DNA of 64,000 bases, taken from an uncultured Verrucomicrobiae bacterium. GTDB taxonomy: Bacteria; Verrucomicrobiota; Verrucomicrobiia; Chthoniobacterales; UBA10450. A program made the position numbers and the translations under genes. The DNA is taken from the NCBI GenBank assembly GCA_963735805.1, contig CAVTMK010000003.1, forward strand, positions 256,001 through 320,000. Reading direction: 5' to 3'. Below are positions 32,049-40,533 of the stretch, in pieces (the first letter of the stretch is position 1; every line of letters starts with the position of its first letter). The notes under the pieces are model-generated. The model did no database searches, was not told where the DNA came from, and worked only from the letters and a program-made list of their open reading frames with translations.

Positions 32049-32426
32049 GTGTACACAGTCGTGGGATGCGCTATTGAGGTCTTAAACGTTCGCGGCCACG
32101 GCCTGCACGAGAAAATTTATGAGAACTGCCTGTGTGCGGAGTTTCGTCTGCGCGGTATTCCCTTCACTCAACAGGAGCGACACCAGGTTTTGTACAAAGG
32201 CGAGTATGTACCGGATCTTGTCGTGGAACAGAAATTGATCGTCGACACAAACACAATTGACCGCATCACCGACCACGAACGCGGTCAGATGTTGAATTAC
32301 CCCCGGATCACTACTCTACCCGTTGGGATCATCCTGAATTTCAAACACGCGCGCCTGGAGTGGGAGCGTCTCGTGCTAAGCGGCGAACGCATGTTGGATG
32401 GGAATAAAGAGGAATTGATTTTGTAG
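32049..32426 (+). pseudogene. GxxExxY protein, probably decayed, flanked by inverted decamer arrays (32012-32031, 32438-32468)
   Basis: GHGLHEKIY, DLVVEQKLIV, QMLNY...GIILNF; in-frame TAG just upstream; EXK-type motif altered to DTN. Confidence 0.75.
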
Positions 32427-32537
32427 CTTCCGTCCCTATTCGCGTCTATTCGCGTCCATTCGCGATTAACTGAAGTTTTATGACCTATGCTTCGGCGCGA
32501 TTACGCCGGCTCGCCTCGCACACAGTCAGGCAAGTAT

Positions 32538-32888
32538 TCAGCTGTGCAATTCGAACCAGGCAGGTTTCAGATGGGCCAGCGGCTCTTTTAGTTTCGCCAG
32601 CTGTGCGGCTGGCCCGTGGACTTCGATGCGAATCAGATCAGCCATCGCCAGCGCCTGCGCTAGCATCGCCCCCACGTTTTCCAGGTGCGCCAGCAGCGCT
32701 TCGGCGTTGACGTAGCCTTCGCGACAGAATACTTCGTCGCCGTTGATTGTGAACTCATAGAAAAGATTACCCGTTTCGTTCTGCGTCTTGGCCGCAAACT
32801 CCGGCAGAATCGCCTTCAAATACGGCATCTTATCCGAAGCCACCTTGAAGTAGGGATGCAAACTGACGAATCTCGAAAGCTGATTCAT
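32538..32888 (-). CDS. ABM/putative quinol monooxygenase-like protein
   Basis: ETGNLFYEF...CREGY..AEALLAHL. Confidence 0.8.
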   Translation of the reverse strand: MNQLSRFVSLHPYFKVASDKMPYLKAILPEFAAKTQNETGNLFYEFTINGDEVFCREGYVNAEALLAHLENVGAMLAQALAMADLIRIEVHGPAAQLAKLKEPLAHLKPAWFELHS

Positions 32889-32969
32889 ACCTTGATGGTA
32901 AACCTTTCAGGTATGCAGGGCGAGGCCAGACGCGCGCTCAATAAATGCCTGCCGCGATCGGGCGGAGCG

Positions 32970-34112
32970 TTAACCGTACGTGAGGTCAGTGCTCTGTCCG
33001 ACCTCGATAATGTAACCGTCAGGATCGCGGATGTAGCAGCGCGTCTCGCCGTACTTGGGGATCGGCTCCGTGATGAACTCGGCTCCTCGACTTTTCCACG
33101 ATTCGTAGCACGCTTGAATATCCGCGACGCGGATATTCATAAAGCTGTTGATGTGATTTGGGTCGGGCACGGCGAGGGTTACAGACGGCTTGTCAGGCGT
33201 CGGTCCGCCCCCGACGTTGACCAGGAGCCACGTATTCGCGATTTGAATGTACGCAGGTGCGCCCGAGCTGTCGCCTCTGCTCAGAATGCGACCTCCGAAG
33301 ACGGTTTCATAGAAGCGAGCTGATCGTTCGATATCGGCGACGGTGAGAAAATGTGCGATGCTGATTCCCTCCCGCGGGGGCATCTCATAACTCCTCTGCT
33401 CGATTTGCACGCTGTCCGTTGACGACTCCGATTCCGATCCAGTCATGAGTTTCAGAAGCGCCTGAGCCGTCGAGGTCGACGATGCGGGGTTCTGCCCGGT
33501 AACGAGCCGGCCGTCAACGATGGAAAACGGCTGCCAGTTCGCCTTCTTCTCAAAGATGGCCCCGAGCCGTAGCAGTTCGTCTTCGACGAGAAACGGAACG
33601 ACGTGAGTCAGCTGAACAGCTTCTTCTTCCCCATTGGTAAAGCCGGTCACGTGCTTGCCCTTCACCAGCGGCTCACCTTTGTAGGTGACATGGCGGAGCA
33701 CACCGGGCGAGTGGCAGACCAGCGCTATTGGTTTGCCGGAGTTGTAAAACGATTCGAGTAGAGCAATGGAAACGGGGTCTTCTGCGAGGTCCCACATCGG
33801 GCCGTGTCCACCGGGATAGAACACGGTGTCAAAATCTTCCGCCTTCACGCTCGAAAGCTTGACTGTGTTAGCGAGAGCTTCCTGTGCCGTCTTATCTTTT
33901 TTGAACCGCGTCATGGCGTCTGTCTGATTTTGCGGCTCGTCGCTCTTGGGATCGATCGGCGGTTGACCGCCTTTCGGAGAAGCGAGTGTCAGTTGAACGC
34001 CGGCGTCTCTAAACACGAAGTAAGGCGCGGCAAATTCTTCCAGCCAGAAGCCCGTCTTGCGACCGGTTTTACCGAGTTGATCATGCGAAGTTAACACCAT
34101 TACGATTTTCAT
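32970..34112 (-). CDS. DJ-1/PfpI (type 1 glutamine amidotransferase-like) domain fused in frame to a VOC/glyoxalase domain
   Basis: TGFWLEEFAAPY, YPGGHGPMWDL, VCHSP, TGQNPAS; then HFLTVADIERS...CYIRDPDGYIIEVGQ. Confidence 0.85.
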   Translation of the reverse strand: MKIVMVLTSHDQLGKTGRKTGFWLEEFAAPYFVFRDAGVQLTLASPKGGQPPIDPKSDEPQNQTDAMTRFKKDKTAQEALANTVKLSSVKAEDFDTVFYPGGHGPMWDLAEDPVSIALLESFYNSGKPIALVCHSPGVLRHVTYKGEPLVKGKHVTGFTNGEEEAVQLTHVVPFLVEDELLRLGAIFEKKANWQPFSIVDGRLVTGQNPASSTSTAQALLKLMTGSESESSTDSVQIEQRSYEMPPREGISIAHFLTVADIERSARFYETVFGGRILSRGDSSGAPAYIQIANTWLLVNVGGGPTPDKPSVTLAVPDPNHINSFMNIRVADIQACYESWKSRGAEFITEPIPKYGETRCYIRDPDGYIIEVGQSTDLTYG

Positions 34113-34384
34113 ATTCCTTTTTCCTTGTTGTTGGTGACGCAAGCTAGCTCCATCGGATGGTCAGTTCCACGCAATCATGGTCACCTCGAACTGCAGGGCG
34201 TAATCCTACGTATCGGGAATCGTGAGAAATGCAGAAACATAATTCGCGCTGCCCATTGAAAGTCGATTAGCACTCTGACCAAGTGCATCGACGCGCGGAG
34301 TTAGTTAGGTGACTCAATTCATTTGCCGTGACAAAGTAACGAAACTTTTACATCAATCACTGCTGTTCGGCTGCGTGATCACGC

Positions 34385-35269
34385 ATGAAACGCACCTATT
34401 TTCCCGGTATCACTGACATTGTCGTCGTGACGGATCCGGCAGAGATCCGGACAATTTCAAACGATTCAAGATTGGATCGGGACTTCATAGGACATGGTCC
34501 TGTTCGCAACGTGCAGCTTCTCCGGAAAATGCTCCGTATTTTCTCGGTCAACGGTAGATTATTCCCAACTATGCGGCCGCGTACCGACCCCCGCCGCGCC
34601 ACCGCGCAAGACGAACTGTGGTCGAGACTAAAGGTTAAGGCCGACGAGGTGAAACACGAACCCGCTCAATTGGGCCCCTGGCCGAATGGGTCAGAGGGAT
34701 CGGAACTGCGGAAAAGCTCGGTCTGCTTGTGCAGCAGAGCATAGGAAGATTGTTCGTGGAAACGTTCACGGCCACTGAGGAGAGTTCGGCAGCGGCCTCT
34801 CTGGTGCTTGAGGCTGCAAGCTCTTCCAATGTCTTGAGAATGCTGGGGTGGCGCATCGGCGGCAGGCTGGAACGGGCCAAAACGCTTCTTGCTTCCATGG
34901 TGAATGGCGATCTGGCTGGCGTTATCGCGCTAATTGCAGCTCGGCAGCTCATTGTTGATGGCCTGCATAAAATGCGGCAACTTGCTGCCGACCCGGCGCT
35001 TCGATCTTCAATAACGACGGATGCTGCCGTGGACGAATGCCTCTTTGCACCACCCACCGTTGTACGCCAGGCAAAAACCTCCGGCGAGGTGGGCGGTTGT
35101 CCCTTTAGAAGAGGTTCGCTCTTCATCCTTGAGCTGGGAAGCGCGAGCAAAGGCGCAGCGAATCGTGACCTCGTCTTCCTCAGTCAGAGTTGGAGCCGCT
35201 GTCCCGGCCGAAAAGTGGGTGCCTGCGCTATTGGAAGGCGTGTGGACGCGCGTGTTAGGCACACCGTGA
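34385..35269 (+). pseudogene. Hypothetical protein with two frameshifts (~34676, ~35203); remote cytochrome P450-like C-terminus
   Basis: Three consecutive ORF pieces join after 1-bp fixes in C runs; ECL..PPTVVRQ and FLSQSWSRCPA. Confidence 0.55.
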
Positions 35270-35307
35270 GGCCCGACGAGCACCCTGCGAGTCATGGCGA
35301 AGTGCGA

Positions 35308-36192
35308 TCATCTCGCGAATGCCCTCGCGAGATGATCCTTAAATTGAGCGGCTACAGTTTCGAGCGATCCTAAAGGCCCGGCGCGCACGATGGCGATTGT
35401 CATCTGAAGATCAAGGTCTTTCGGCTTGATCATGCGAATGGCGCCTCCTGCGTAGCGCCTAACGAAACGTTCCGGAAGCAGGCCCAGTCCACAGCCCGCT
35501 TTTATGAATGCAAGCTGCAAATGCATGTTGTGGATTTCGGCTGCGATCGTCGCGGGTGGCCCGGCTTTGTCGAGAATGCCGAGAAGCGCGGCCCTCAGCA
35601 GACAGCCGGGAGGATTGAGAACCCATTGCGACGCGGACATCGCCTGCCATGTTGGCGTCCGCCCACCCCTCGATCGACCTTTCTCGACGATTACCATGCG
35701 ATCCGTGGCGACAATGTCGACAAGGAGCGACGGAGGCAAACCATGGGGATCCGGTCGCAGCACGACCGCGAGATCGAGTTGACCTGCTTGGACCTTGGCG
35801 ATGAGGTCGCCCGCTAAATCGCTCAGAAGACTAAGCTTGAGTTTCGGAAAGCGCTTTGTCAGCGCCTGCACCGGCTTGACCAACGCGCCATCGGCTAGGG
35901 CGTGCGAAACACCAATGCGAAATGGCCCCGAAGGCTCCGCATCCGTTGCAGCGAGAGCCTTGAGGTCGTCGACGTGCTTCAGCACATCGCGGCTCTGTTG
36001 CACGATCCGGATGCCCAGCGGCGTCAACCGCGGCGGCTTGACGGATCTGTCGAGCAGTTGGGCGCCGAGTTCGGCCTCGAGCCTCTGCATTTGGCGCGTT
36101 ATGGCGGAGGGCGTGCGATGCAGGCGGCTTGCCGCGCGCGCGATCGATCCGGCTTCGGCAAATTCGACCAATGCATGAATGTCTTCGAACAT
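35308..36192 (-). CDS. LysR family transcriptional regulator
   Basis: GSIARAASRLHRTPSAITRQMQRLEAELGAQLLDR. Confidence 0.93.
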   Translation of the reverse strand: MFEDIHALVEFAEAGSIARAASRLHRTPSAITRQMQRLEAELGAQLLDRSVKPPRLTPLGIRIVQQSRDVLKHVDDLKALAATDAEPSGPFRIGVSHALADGALVKPVQALTKRFPKLKLSLLSDLAGDLIAKVQAGQLDLAVVLRPDPHGLPPSLLVDIVATDRMVIVEKGRSRGGRTPTWQAMSASQWVLNPPGCLLRAALLGILDKAGPPATIAAEIHNMHLQLAFIKAGCGLGLLPERFVRRYAGGAIRMIKPKDLDLQMTIAIVRAGPLGSLETVAAQFKDHLARAFAR

Positions 36193-36376
36193 GGCGGTCA
36201 CCCGAGGCTTGAGGAACAGCAATAGGAAGATTCTACCGAAATCGCAATATCATAGTGATTAAAATGAACTTTGTGAACGTTGCGCAGGTGCTAATATCGA
36301 CTTCGAAACACTCGGGACAGGTCAGGTTAATCCGGATGTTAGCCGAGTAGAGAAACATCACAACAGGTGAAGAAAA

Positions 36377-36859
36377 ATGATTAAGACTATTACGTTATCC
36401 ATGTGTCTCGCAGCTTCCTTACTTTCGCTTGATGCACGTGCCCAGGATACACTTACCCGGGATGCACTTGCCCAAAATGACCGCCAGTATACTGACGGCC
36501 CGGTCACTGAGGTGAACTACCTACAAGTGGAGTACGGGCATTTTCCAGAGTACATCGCTTGGCTAAATTCGACATGGAAGCCGACCATGGAAGCCATGAA
36601 GAAAGCTGGGCTAATCATCGATTACAAGGTCTTCCAGGCCAGTCCCAAATCACCGGATCAGCCCAATATATTTTTATATCTCACTTTTAAAAACATGGCG
36701 GCTTATGCTGGGAACATCGGCGATAAAGGCATCGAGCAAGAATATGTGGCCAGGAAGGTAATCGGTAGCACCGAGTTTCAGAACAAGAAAAGAGTGGAAC
36801 GGAGTGAATACAGAAAAGTCCTGGGCATTGAATTGATTCGTGAAATTATTTTAAAATGA
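36377..36859 (+). CDS. Hypothetical secreted protein divergent from LysR
   Basis: Signal peptide; WKPTMEAMKKAGLIIDYKV. Confidence 0.75.
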   Translation: MIKTITLSMCLAASLLSLDARAQDTLTRDALAQNDRQYTDGPVTEVNYLQVEYGHFPEYIAWLNSTWKPTMEAMKKAGLIIDYKVFQASPKSPDQPNIFLYLTFKNMAAYAGNIGDKGIEQEYVARKVIGSTEFQNKKRVERSEYRKVLGIELIREIILK

Positions 36860-36928
36860 AATTGTTGTACGTGTTCAAGAGCGCGCACCAATGCTTCGCG
36901 CCCTCTCGCGGCTCATTATTATTCTCTT

Positions 36929-37387
36929 ATGCAAAACATCCCAGGCCTGCGCAGCTGCTACGACAAAGTCGGACGTCTGGTCTATTTCGGGCGGATGCTG
37001 GATAAGATTCGCCTGCACGCCGCCGATCAGCTCCCGCCGGACTACGTGGAAAATCTCGGCGAGCACCAGTTCACGCTCGACGGGCGCTGCTGCCGTTTCC
37101 TCGGCATCCCCTATTCGGACATAAAAAAACGCACGCTCGCCGGCGAGCCCGACGAAGCCGTCCTGAACTGGGCCCACGCCCACGGAACCCCGCGCACCGA
37201 CGAAGAATGCCACGTCTGGAATCGCTTCATCGCCAAGCTCGGCTGGCGCGATGAACGCAGCCACGTCCTGCCGCAGCGAATAAAAGAGAGTGGCCTAACG
37301 GGTAAACCGATCGAGACCCTCATCGATCACATCGAATTCGATGAAGGCCGCGACCCCGTCGCCTCGCGGGCTTGGGAAAAAATCTGA
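36929..37387 (+). CDS. DUF5069 domain protein
   Basis: LRSCYDKVGRLVYFGRMLDKIRL...DGRCCRFL...IEFDEGR. Confidence 0.82.
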   Translation: MQNIPGLRSCYDKVGRLVYFGRMLDKIRLHAADQLPPDYVENLGEHQFTLDGRCCRFLGIPYSDIKKRTLAGEPDEAVLNWAHAHGTPRTDEECHVWNRFIAKLGWRDERSHVLPQRIKESGLTGKPIETLIDHIEFDEGRDPVASRAWEKI

Positions 37388-37515
37388 AGGCGACTCGCGC
37401 GCTTGGAAGCCCGACGTTCGCCACTCAAATGTCAAAGGGACGCGACCCCGTTTCCCTTTCCGCTTGCAAGATTCAAGGACGCGACCCTTCACGTTACCAG
37501 AGCTAGCGCGACTGC

Positions 37516-37989
37516 CTAAGGCTTACAAGGAATATCCGTATCCTGCGCAGCCACGATCTGCCATTTCCCGGCGCGTTTCAGCCACGTGTCGGTCCAGATC
37601 AGACAATGCTTTGTCTCCTTGCCGTCTTTAGCGTTGGAGACCGCGCTCTCCGCTCCATACGCGATCGTGATGGAGTCGCCGAAAAATCTCACCTTCACCT
37701 CGCCCAGTCGGCAGTCGCGCTCGAGCGCCTTGGTATCTGAGGTGATCGCGTCCTTCTTGCCGTAGCGCCGTCCGCTTGGCGATGTCCCTTGGAAGTCGTC
37801 CGCAATCACCTCCTTAAGATCCGGTTGCGGGCTACAGGCCGAGTTGGCCCACTTCGCCTCGGCCGCAATGATGAACTTCACCGTCTCCTCCCCCGGCGAT
37901 CCCCATCGAGATTCCTGCGCAAAGCTGGATGAAGCAACCCCGCCGAGAAAGAACACGAGAGATGCTGAGATGATTGAGAGGAATTTCAT
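37516..37989 (-). CDS. Secreted NTF2-like (DUF4440) protein
   Basis: Signal peptide MKFLSII, ADDFQGT..SG, WTDTWLKRAGKWQIVAAQ; start overlaps the DinB gene stop. Confidence 0.82.
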   Translation of the reverse strand: MKFLSIISASLVFFLGGVASSSFAQESRWGSPGEETVKFIIAAEAKWANSACSPQPDLKEVIADDFQGTSPSGRRYGKKDAITSDTKALERDCRLGEVKVRFFGDSITIAYGAESAVSNAKDGKETKHCLIWTDTWLKRAGKWQIVAAQDTDIPCKP

Positions 37990-38564
37990 TTGACGCCGTT
38001 CTCCGGATTCCAGGAACCTTGTAACTTGCGGACATAAAGAATCTGCCCTGTGTGATAAGCGTTGTGCGTACTGATGTGCGAAATCAAGGGCGCTTTCAGC
38101 GCTAATTTCTCTTCCGGCATTTTCTCCACCGCCGCTTCCAGGTCTTTCATCACGCGATCGAGCCGCTGCACGATCTGGTCCCAATGCGCCGCGTCGAAAT
38201 CGTTAAACGTCTCTTGGTTGTTTCCCGGACTCGCAGGCTTTTCGCCGCGCAGACCGGCGAGCGCATTCTCGTTCCAGAAAACCAGATGATAAGCGAGCAT
38301 TCCTACCGAATGGTTAGCGCTCGGATCGATTTTGCCCTGCGCGTTTTGCGGCACCCACTTCGCCTGCTCTGCAGTTAGTCCCGCCAGCGCAGCTTTGATT
38401 GGGGTAAACCACTCCGCGTTGTCGTGGGTGCTATGAAGCTCCGACAAGAGGAGCGAACGGAGTGTAACCGGCGTAGGCGCGGGCGTGGGAGATGACTGCG
38501 CGATCGCGGTATGGAGGTTTGCTGCGATGATTAGTGAAATGCTGAAAGTAAGAGACGGACGCAT
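37986..38564 (-). CDS. Secreted DinB family protein
   Basis: HSVGMLAYHLVFW, HNAYHTGQILYVRKLQGSW. Confidence 0.85.
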   Translation of the reverse strand: MRPSLTFSISLIIAANLHTAIAQSSPTPAPTPVTLRSLLLSELHSTHDNAEWFTPIKAALAGLTAEQAKWVPQNAQGKIDPSANHSVGMLAYHLVFWNENALAGLRGEKPASPGNNQETFNDFDAAHWDQIVQRLDRVMKDLEAAVEKMPEEKLALKAPLISHISTHNAYHTGQILYVRKLQGSWNPENGVK

Positions 38565-38610
38565 ACGCCGAATCCTAGCAAGAAGCTCGACATGGGTAAA
38601 GGTTGCGTCG

Positions 38611-38696
38611 AGTCGATGCGAAGAACTGACCGCGATTTTCGCTAGCATCTTGAAGCGCGCGAAGACTTCTTAACTTTTCCTTCATCCCTCATCCTT
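38611..38696 (+). pseudogene. C-terminal shard of a four-helix-bundle (23S rRNA IVP-like) gene followed by TTCATCC-type heptamers
   Basis: RCEELTAIFASILKRAKTS* then ttcatccctcatcctt. Confidence 0.5.
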
Positions 38697-39025
38697 AGCT
38701 CCCGACCTGACCGTGGCCGCATTCGTCTCCGATTCCGCCGCCGATGACGACACGCGGGATGCGATCATTGCCCACCTGGCCAAAGCCGCCTGGGATCGCG
38801 CCAACTCGTTAGGCCGATGAGGCGAGTCACTCATCACTTTTGATGAACTTCTTAATTCTTCCTTTTGCCTTCTTACTTTCTGTGGCTGCTCGCTGAATTG
38901 AAGCCGTTGGAGTGACAAGTATTAGCAATCGCTTCGCAACTGCGCTTTTCGGCTCGGTTTTCCCTCGTGCGGCGGTACGTCTCATGCCCAACGTCATCGG
39001 ACAAAAAAACAGTAGCGGCCAAGAG

Positions 39026-39850
39026 TTAGGGCGTCCTTCCCGGCTTTTGCCAATCCACATCAATTTTCGAGTAGAATCCTGCTTTGCTTGCTGCGCCGAC
39101 AATTAACAAGGGATGATCCAGTTTTTTATCAAACAAGAATGTTGCGATACCTAAAACGTAAGCACTTTGATACTCGTGCGGAACGACAGTGTTAACTATA
39201 TTTGTTTCTTGCCCTTCTTTTATATCGAAATCCTTTTGTACCTTTCGAAATGCTTCCGGATAAATGGTCATCTTTCTGTAATCAGTTTTCGTTGGTATAA
39301 GGAAGAATTGGAGGCAGACGGTGCCGCTGTTTTTACCCAGCTTAATGATTATTGAGCCTTCTGGACGCCCAGAGGTTAAGAATGCAGCGTAAATTTCCTT
39401 TGAATGCTCGGCATCGATTTCTGGGTAATGAATTTCCTTCGGGGCCTCCTTCAACATTGGAGGAACACAGGCAAATGATAATCCATGATACATATCATTA
39501 GATAGGTGCTCAGCGTGGAGCGGTAGGACTTTTTCTCGTCCAGCGGCAGTAACTTTTGTGTAGTGATGGTTATTCTTCGAAAGATCCTTAACGAAAGTTA
39601 TATGATCAAAAGGCAAACCATCAGCCAATTCTGGAAAGAATGAGTAGGAACCACTTTTGTTTAATGTAAGTGCAACAAATATCTTGTAACCGCCGTTTAC
39701 TTCTAGATAGAGTGGCAGGACTTTCCCGAGCGGTCCCCCGCCGCTCATAACTTTATGAAAGACTCTCTTAAAGACCGTTAGTCCAAGGCCATTGCTGCTT
39801 TGCGCGGAATCGATGAAGGTGTTCTCTACTACCAGTTTTAACTTGGGCAT
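39026..39850 (-). CDS. Low-GC hypothetical protein
   Basis: 274-aa ORF, visibly AT-rich relative to neighbours, AGAGGA SD; no recognised motif. Confidence 0.65.
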   Translation of the reverse strand: MPKLKLVVENTFIDSAQSSNGLGLTVFKRVFHKVMSGGGPLGKVLPLYLEVNGGYKIFVALTLNKSGSYSFFPELADGLPFDHITFVKDLSKNNHHYTKVTAAGREKVLPLHAEHLSNDMYHGLSFACVPPMLKEAPKEIHYPEIDAEHSKEIYAAFLTSGRPEGSIIIKLGKNSGTVCLQFFLIPTKTDYRKMTIYPEAFRKVQKDFDIKEGQETNIVNTVVPHEYQSAYVLGIATFLFDKKLDHPLLIVGAASKAGFYSKIDVDWQKPGRTP

Positions 39851-40294
39851 TTTTTTGAAACTTCCTCTCTCCTATTCTTCCCAATAATACCAGTCCGGCT
39901 CGGATCCCTTCTATTGCATTCATTCAATTCGCTCCATTCTTTATAATTTTTCCTTCTCAATTCTTGCTTCATTCCCGCTCCGTAAGTTGAAGCCGTTGGA
40001 ATGAACGAGCTCGCAAGAAGCAAATGCTAAATCTTCAGATCTAAACCCGTCCGCGCTTTCTGTTCGAACGTGATCGATGTCACATCGGGCATAAAAGGTG
40101 GGGGCAAATCTAAACATTTGGCATTCATCTCTCTGAATTCACGAAACACGCATGCTGGACAGCTACGTCTTTGAATAGAGCTCCTGCCCGGCGAGACGGC
40201 GGACATGGTATTGGGCGAAGAAAAGTCATGGGGTCAGCGGTAAGCCTGACGATGATGACGGATTCGCTGCACTCGCACAACTCGGATCCGCGTA

Positions 40295-40323
40295 ACCGCG
40301 TAAAAGGGTTCGCCTCACGCGGC
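40295..40323 (+). repeat. 29-bp bulged hairpin repeat, copy 1
   Basis: accgcgtaaaagggttcgcctcacgcggc. Confidence 0.9.
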
Positions 40324-40359
40324 TGGGAAGAATGGACGTTCTACGTTTACCTGTTGCCT

Positions 40360-40497
40360 CTACGTGCGCGAGAGCGCAGTCACCGGGTCGAGTTTGGCGG
40401 CGCGGCGCGCGGGCAGATAACAGGCGAGAAACGCGACTGCGCCAATCAGAAATGAAATCGCGAGATACGTCGTCGGATCATCTGGCCGCACATTGAA
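40360..40497 (-). pseudogene. 3' tail of a paralogous ABC permease, truncated at hairpin repeat copy 2
   Basis: FNVRPDDPTTYLAISFLIGAVAFLACYLPARRAAKLDPVTALSRT*. Confidence 0.85.
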
Positions 40498-40525
40498 CCG
40501 CGTAAAAGGCTCCGCCTCACGCGGT
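40497..40525 (+). repeat. 29-bp bulged hairpin repeat, copy 2
   Basis: accgcgtaaaaggctccgcctcacgcggt. Confidence 0.9.
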
Positions 40526-40533
40526 CTCGGTCG

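Noticed and set aside
38986..39032. Integron attC site (GCCCAAC...GTTAGGG) at the end of the low-GC gene
   Set aside because: Only 47 bp, imperfect R' box, no convincing L boxes, no second site or integrase
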